From: the human T2T-CHM13v2.0 reference genome, Homo sapiens
Strand: one strand, 5' to 3'
DNA length: 64,000 bases
NCBI RefSeq assembly: GCF_009914755.1
Contig: NC_060933.1
In this document: in pieces, positions 56,471 to 64,000 of the stretch
How the letters are laid out: every line of letters starts with the position of its first letter
How positions within the stretch are numbered: the stretch's first letter is position 1
Translations under genes and position numbers: made by a program
The notes under the pieces: generated by a model
Seen by the model: the letters and a program-made list of their open reading frames with translations, nothing else
What the model was told of the DNA's origin: nothing
Database searches by the model: none

Positions 56471-59400
56471 GGAATCAACCCGAGTGCAGGGGAATGGAAT
56501 GGAATGGAAAGCAATGGAATGGAATCATCCGGAATGGAATGGAATGGAATGCAATGGAATGGAATGGAATGGAATGGAATCAACCTAAGTGCAATGGAAC
56601 AGAATGAAATGGAATGGAATGGAATGGAAACAACCAGAATGGATTGGAATATAATGGAGTGTAAGGGAATTGAATAGAATGAATCTGAATGTAATGAAAT
56701 GGAATGGAACGGAACGGAATGGAATGGAATGGAATGGAATGCAATGGAATGGAATCAACCCGCGTGCAATCGAATGGAATTGAATGCAATGGAATGCAAT
56801 GGAATGGATTCAACTTGAATGGAATGGAAAGAATGGAATCAACACGAGTGGAATGGCATGGATTGGAATGGAATGGAATAGAATCAACCCGAGTACAGGG
56901 GAATGGAATGGAATGGAATGCAATGGAATGGAATCATCCGTAATGGAATGGAAAGGAATGGAATGTAATGGAATGGAATGCAATGGAATGGAATGGAATG
57001 GAATCAACTCGATTGCAATCGAATGGAATGGAATGGAATTAACCCGAATAGAATGGAATGGAATGGCATGGAACGGAACGGAATGGAATGGAATGGAATG
57101 GAATGGAATGGAACGGAAAGGAAGGGAATGGAATGGAATAGAATGGAATGGAATGGAATCAACGCGAGTTTAGGGGAATGGAATGGAATGGAATGCAATG
57201 GAATGGAATCATCCGGAATGGAATGGAATGGAATGCAATGGAATGGAATAGAATGGAATCAACCCGAGTGCAATGGAACGGAGTGAAATGGAATGGAATG
57301 GAATGGAAACAACCAGAATGGATTGGAATATAATGGAGTGTAAGGGAATTGAATAGAATCAATCCGAATGGAATGGAATGGAATGCAACGGAATGGAATG
57401 GAATGGAATGGAATGGAATGCAATGGAATGGAATCAACCCGAGTGCAATCGAATGGAATCGAATGGAATGGAATGCAATGGAATGGATTCAACTTGAATG
57501 GAATGGAAAGAATGGAATCAACACGAGTGGAATGGCATGGATTGGAATGGAATGGAATGCAATCAACCCGAGTACAGAGGAATGGAATGGAATGGAATGC
57601 AATGGAATGGAATCATCCCTAATGGAATGAGAAGGAATGGAATGGAATGGAATGGAATGGAATGGAATGGAATGGAATCAACTCGATTGCAATCGAATGG
57701 AATGGAATGGAATTAACCCGAATAGAATGGAATGGAATGGAACGGAACGGAACGGAATGGAATGGAATGGAATGGTACGGAAAGGAACGGAACGGAATGG
57801 AACGGAATGTAATGGAATGGAATGGAATGGAATGGAATGGAATCAAAGCGAGTGCAGGGGAATGGAATGGAATGGAATGCAATGGAATGGAATCTTCCGG
57901 AATGGAATGGAATGGAATGGAATGAAATGCAATGGATTCAAATCGATTGCAATGGAATGGAATAGAATGGAATGGAATGGAATGCAATGGAATTAATCCG
58001 AATAGAATGGAATGGAATGGAATGGAACGGAATGCAACGGAATGGAATGGAATGGAATGGAATGGTACGGAATGGAATGGAATGGTACGGAATAGAATGG
58101 AATGGAACGAATTGCAATGGAATGGAATTGAATGGAATGGAATGGAATGGAATGGAATCAACGCGATTGCAGGGGAATGTAATGGAACGGAATGCAATGG
58201 AATGGAATCATCCGGAATGGAATGGAATGGAATGGAATGGAATGGAATCAACCCGAGTGCAATGGAATGGAGTGGAATGGAATGGAATGGAATGGAACAA
58301 CCCGAAGGGAATGTAATGTAATGCAGAGTAAGGGAGTTGAATAGAATCAATCCGATTGTAATGGAATGGAATGCAACGGAATGGAATGGAATGGAATGGA
58401 ATGGAATGGAATGGAATGCAATGGAATGGAATCAACTCGAGTAAAGTGGAATGCAATGGAATGGAATGGAATGGAATGGAATGGAATGGAATGGAATAGA
58501 ATGGAATGGAATTGAATGGAATGGAACGCCTTCAAACCGAATGGAATGGAAAGGAATGGAATCAACACGAGTGGAATGGAATGGAATGGAAAGGAAAGGA
58601 ATGGAATGGAATGGTACCGAATAGAATGGAATGGAACGAACTGGAATGGAATGGAATGGAATGGAATGGAATGGAATGGAATGGAATCGTTCCGAGTGGA
58701 ATAGGAGGGAATGTATTCGAGTGGAATGGAAAGGAATGGAATCAACCAGAGTGGAATGGAAGGGAATGGAATGGAATGGAAACTAATAGAATGGAATCAA
58801 CCCGAGTGGAATGGAATGGAAAGGACTGGAATGGAATGGAATGGAATGGAATGGAATGGAATCAACTCGATTGGAATGGAATGGAATGGAATGGAATGGA
58901 ATGGAATGGAAAGGACTGGAATGGAATGGAATGGAATGGAATGGAATGGAATCAACTCGATTGGAATGGAATGGAATGGAATGGAATGGAATGGAATTAA
59001 CCCGAATAGAATGGAATGGAATGGAATGGAATCAACTCGATAGCAATGGAATGGAATGGAATGGAATGGAATCGAATGGAATGGAATGGAATTAACCGGA
59101 ATAGAATGGAATGGAATGGAATGGAATGGAATGGAATGGAATGGAATGGAATGGAATGGAATCAACCCGAGTGCAGGGGAATGGAATGGAATGGAATGCA
59201 ATGGAATGGAATCATCCGGAATGGAATGGAATGGAATGGAATGCAATCAACCTGATGTAATGGAATGGAGTGGAATGGAATGGAATGGAATTAACCCAAA
59301 TAGAATGGAATGGAATGGAATGGAACGGAATGGAATGGAATGGAATGGAATGGAATGGAATGGAATCTACCCGACTGCAGGGGAATGGAATGGAATGGAA

Positions 59401-60490
59401 TGCAATGGAATGGAATCATCCGGAACGGAATGGAATGGAATGGAATGCAATCAACTTGATTGCAATGGAATGGAATGGAATGGAATGCAATCGAATGGAA
59501 TGGAATGGAATTAACCCGAATAGAAAGGAATGGAATGGAATGGAAAGGAATGGAAGGGAATGGAATGGAATGTAATCAACCCGAGTGCAGGGCAATGGAA
59601 TAGAATGGAATGCAATGGAATGGAATCATCCGGAATGGAATGGAATGGAATGGAATGCAATCAACCTGATGCAATGGAATGGAGTGGAATGGAATGGAAT
59701 GGAATGGAAACATCCCGAATGGAATGGAATGTAATGGAGTGTAAGGGAATTGAATAGAATCAATCCGAATGTAATGGAATGGAATGGGATGAAATAGAAT
59801 GGAATGGAATGGAATGGAATCAACCCGAGTGCAATGGAATGGATTCGAATGGAATGGAATGGAATGGAATGGATTCAACAAGAATGGAATGGAAAGGAAT
59901 GGAATCAACCCGAGTGTAATGGCATGGAATGGAACGGAATGGAATGGGAAAGAATGGAATGGTACGGATTAGAATGGAATGGAATGAAATGGAATGGAAT
60001 GGAATGGAATGGAATGGAATTGAATGGAATGAATCCGTGTGCAATGGAATCGATTTGAATGGAATGGAATGGATTCAACTCGAATGGAATCAACTCAATT
60101 ACAATGAAATGGAATGGAATGGAAAGGAATAGAATGGAATCAACCCGAATGGAATGGAATGGAAAGGACTGGAATGGAGTGGAATGGAATGGAATGGAAT
60201 TAACCCGAATAGAATGGAATGGAACGGAATGGAACGGAATGTAATGGAATGGAATGGAATGGAATCAATCCGAGTGCAGGGGAATGGAATGGAATGGAAT
60301 GCAATGGAATGGAATGATCCGGAATGGAATCAACTCGATTGCAATGGAATGGAATGGAATTGAATTAACCCGAATAGAATGGAATGGAATGGAATGGAAC
60401 GGAATGGAATGGAATGGAATGGAATGGAATGGAATGGAACGAAAAGGAATGGAATCAACCCGAGTGGAAAGGACTGGAATGGAGTGGAAT
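56471..60490 (+). repeat. Higher-order unit, copy 4 (partial, ~4 kb)
   Basis: Offset 13780-13775 from copy 2 (42800->56580, 45755->59530). Colinearity ends after GGAAAGGACTGGAATGGAGTGG at ~60466-60487. Confidence 0.9.
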
Positions 60491-63400
60491 GGAATGGAAT
60501 GGAATGGAATGGAATCAACTAGATTGGAATAGAATGGAATGCAATGGAATGGAATTAACCCGAATAGAATGGAATGGAATGGAATGGAACGGAATGGAAT
60601 GGAATGGAATGGAATGGAATCAACCCGACTGCAGGGAAATGGAATGGAATGGAATGGAATGCAAAGGAATGGATTCAACTTGAATGGAATGGAAAGAATG
60701 GAATCAACAAGAGTGGAATGGCATGGATTGGAATGGAATGGAATGGAATCAACCCGAGTACAGGAAAATGGAATGGAATGGAATGCAATGGAATGGAATC
60801 ATCCGTAATGGAATGGAAAGGAAAGGAATGGAATGGAATGGAATGGAATGGAATGGAATCAACTCGATTGCAATGGAATGGAATGGAATTGAATTAACCC
60901 GAATAGAATGGAATGGAATGGAATGGAACGGAACGGAATGGAATGGAATGGAACGAAAAGGAATGGAATGGAATGGAACGGAATGGAATGGAATGGAATG
61001 GAATGGAATGGAATGGAATCAACGCGAGTGAAGGGGAATGGAATGGAATGGAATGCAATGGAATGGAATCTTCCGGAATTGAATGGAAAGGAATGGTATG
61101 GAATGGAATGGAATCAACTCGATTGCAATCGAATGGAATGGAAAGGAATTAACCCGAATAGAATGGAATGGAATGGAATGGAACGGAACGGAATGGAATG
61201 GAATGGAATGGAATGGAATGGAACGGAACGGAATGGAATGGAATGGAATGGAATGGAATGGAATGGAATCAACGCGAGTGCAGGGGAATGGAATGGAATG
61301 GAATGCAATGGAATGGAATCTTCCGGAATGGAATGGAATGGAATGGAATGGAATGAAATGCAATGGATTCAACTCGATTGCAATGGAATGGAATAGAATG
61401 GAATGGAATGGAATGGAATGGAATTAATCCGAATAGAGTGGAATGGAATGGAATGGAACGGAATGGAACGGAATGGAATGGAATGGAATGGAATGGAATG
61501 GTATGGAATGGAATGGAGTGGTACGGAATAGAATGGAATGGAACGAATTGTAATGGAATGGAATTGAATGGAATGGAATGGAATGGAATCAACGCGAGTG
61601 CAGGGGAATGTAATGGAACGGAATGCAATGGAATCGAATCATCCGGAATGGAATGGAATGGAATCAACCCGAGTGCAATGGAATGGAGTGGAATGGAATG
61701 GAATGGAATGGAACAACCCGAATGGAATGGAATGTAATGGAGAGTAAGGGAGTTGAATAGAATCAATCCGAATGTAATGGAATGGAATGCAACGGAATGG
61801 AATGGAATGGAATGGAATGGAATGCAATGGAATGGAATCAACCCGAGTACAATGGAATGGAATGGAATGGAATGGAATGGAATGGAATGGAATGGAATGG
61901 AATGGAATGGAATGGAATGATACGGAATAGAATGGAATGGAACGAAATGGAATGGAATGGAATGGAATGGAATGGAATGGAATGGAATGGAATCGTTCCG
62001 AGTGGAATACGAGGGAATGTATTCGAGTGGAATGGAAAGGAATGGAATCAACCAGAGTGGAATGGAAGGGAATGGAATGGAATGGAAACTAATAGAATGG
62101 AATCAACCCGAGTGGAATGGAATGGAAAGGACTGGAATGGAATGGAATGGAATGGAATCAACTCGATTGTAGTGGAATGGAATGGAATGGAATGGAATAG
62201 AATGGAATGGAATGGAATTAACCCGAATAAAATGGAATGGAATGGAATGGAACGGAATGGAGTGGAATGGAATGGAATCAACCCGAGTGCAGGGGAATGG
62301 AATGGAATGGAATGCAATGGAATGGAATCATCCGGAATGGAATGGAATGGAATGGAATGCAAAGTAATGGAATCAACTCGATTGCAATGGAATGGAATGG
62401 AATGGGAAGGAATACATTGGAATCAACCCGAGTGGAATGGAATGGAAAGGACTGGAATGGAGTGGAATGGAATGGAATGGAATGGAATGGAATCAACTCG
62501 ATTGGAATGGAATGGAATGGAATGGAATGGAATGGAATGGAATTAACCCGAATAGAATGGAATGGAATGGAATGGAACGGAACGGAATGGAATGGAATGG
62601 AATGGAATGGAATGGAATGGAATGGAATGGAATGGAATCAACCAGACTGCAGGGGAATGGAATGGAATGGAATGCAATGGAATGGATTCAACTTGAATGG
62701 AATGGAAAGAATGGAATCAACACGAGTGGAATGGCATGGATTGGAATGGAATGGAATGGAATCAACCCGAGTACAGGGGAATGGAATGGAATGGAATGCA
62801 ATGGAATGGAATCATCCGTAATGGAAGGGAAAGGAATGGAATGGAATGGAATGGAATGGAATGGAATGGAATGGAATCAACTCGATTGCAATCGAATGGA
62901 ATGGAATGGAATTAACCCGAATAGAATGGAATGGAATGGAATGGAACGGAACGGAATGGAATGGAATGGAATGGAACGGAACGGAATGGAATGGAATGGA
63001 ATGGAATGGAATCAACCCGAGTGCAATCGAATGGAATCGAATGGAATGGAATGTAATGGAATGGATTCAACTTGAATGGAATGGAAAGAATGGAATCAAC
63101 ACGAGTGGAATGACATTGATTGGAATGGAATGGAATGGAATCAACCCGAGTACAGGGGAATAGAATGGAATGGAATGCAATGGAATGGAATCATCCGTAA
63201 TGGAATGGAAAGGAATGGAATGGAATGGAATGGAATGGAATGGAATGGAATGGAATCAACTCGATTGCAATCGAATGGAATGGAATGGAATTAACCCGAA
63301 TAGAATGGAATGGAATGGAATGGAACGGAACGGAAGGGAATGGAATGGAATGGAATGGAATGGAACGGAATGGAATGGAATGGAATGGAATGGAATGGAA

Positions 63401-64000
63401 TGGAATGGAATCAACGCGAGTGCAGGGGAATGGAATGGAATGGAATGCAATGGAATGGAATCTTCCGGAATGTAATGGAATGGAATGGAATGGAATGAAA
63501 TGCAATGGATTCAACTCGATTGCAATGGAATGGAATAGAATGGAATGGAATGGAATGGAATGGAATTAATCCGAACAGAATGGAATGGAATGGAATGGAA
63601 CGGAATGGAAAGGAATGGAATGGAATGGAATGGAATGGAATGGAATGGAATGGTATGGAATAGAATGGAATGGTACGGAACAGAAAGGAATGGAACGAAT
63701 TGTAATGGAATGGAATTTAATGGAATGGAATGGAATGGAATGGAATCAACGCGAGTGCAGGGGAATGTAATGGAACGGAATGCAATGGAATGGAATCATC
63801 CGGAATGGAATGGAATGGAATGGAATGGAATGGAATGGAATGGAATCATCCCGAGTGCAATGGAATGGAGTGGAATGGAAGGGAATGGAATGGAACAACC
63901 CGAATGGAATTGAATGTAATGGAGAGTAAGGGAGTTGAATAGAATCTATCCGAATGTAATGGAATGGAATTCAACGGAATGGAATGGAATGGAATGGAAT

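Larger units (their letters stand above)
9089..63471. promoter_or_regulatory. Dispersed perfect three-unit heat-shock-element motifs (nGAAnnTTCnnGAAn), 27 intact copies counted
   Basis: GGAATCTTCCGGAAT with GAA starting at 9090, 10868, 11462, 12401, 16812, 18884, 19838, 20462, 21120, 25947, 26771, 28524, 29311, 33615, 35663, 39444, 40402, 42652, 44110, 47816, 49074, 52795, 53758, 57890, 61066, 61316 and 63458. The motif match is seen directly; function is not shown. Confidence 0.5.
236..64000 (+). repeat. Satellite III (HSat3) array, G-rich (GGAAT)n on the + strand
   Basis: Uninterrupted degenerate GGAAT pentamers with the classic Sat III decamer CAACCCGAGT/CAACCCGAAT and derivatives (CAACTCGATT, TTAACCCGAATAG, CATCCGG). 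The CATTCGATTC-type signature typical of HSat2 is not the dominant motif. Confidence 0.97.

Noticed and set aside
74-63942. Hundreds of ORFs (MEWNG / IPFHS repeats) as protein-coding genes
   Set aside because: GGAAT and ATTCC have no stop codon in any frame, so long ORFs arise automatically in all six frames. They overlap, have no domain content and are broken by 5-bp indels between copies.
236-64000. CRISPR-like array (landmark repeats separated by variable stretches)
   Set aside because: The intervening DNA is itself GGAAT repeat rather than unique spacers, spacing is irregular, and there are no cas genes or leader.
236-64000. Firm assignment to chr9q12 or a named HSat3 subfamily
   Set aside because: The CAACCCGAGT richness, PstI-containing CCCGACTGCAG motifs and the inversion are suggestive, but assignment needs mapping or subfamily k-mer comparison, which I cannot run. 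A great-ape origin is not excluded.
236-64000. Embedded Alu/L1/ERV or alpha-satellite fragments, CENP-B boxes
   Set aside because: No non-satellite stretch, poly(A) tail or 171-bp monomer was seen; even the most complex cassettes parse as mutated pentamers.
236-64000. Canonical G-quadruplex or EWS-FLI1 (GGAA)n microsatellite
   Set aside because: G-runs of 3 or more are isolated (CAGGGG, AAGGG), and the period is 5 bp rather than tandem GGAA tetramers.

Overview
The whole window is primate (most likely human) classical Satellite III (HSat3): degenerate (GGAAT)n interspersed with CAACCCGAGT-family decamers. I found no credible genes, transposons, RNA genes or unique sequence. All listed ORFs are poly(MEWNG) or poly(IPFHS) read-throughs of the pentamer. 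The real structure is non-coding. (1) A strand switch at ~235 forms a fold-back inverted repeat (arms 1-146 and 236-381, 3 mismatches, 89-bp spacer). (2) Nested higher-order duplications occur: ~1.75-kb units, a ~9-kb duplication in the left half, and four copies of an ~8.4-kb unit at 34.2-60.5 kb with a 1=3 / 2=4 variant pattern. (3) A recurrent variant, GGAATCTTCCGGAAT, is a perfect three-unit heat-shock element; I counted 27 intact copies, all beyond 9 kb. (4) The pentamer register shifts almost only by -1. Coordinates and counts were read by eye and by comparing ORF-track offsets, so block boundaries are approximate. The chromosome of origin cannot be fixed from the sequence alone.
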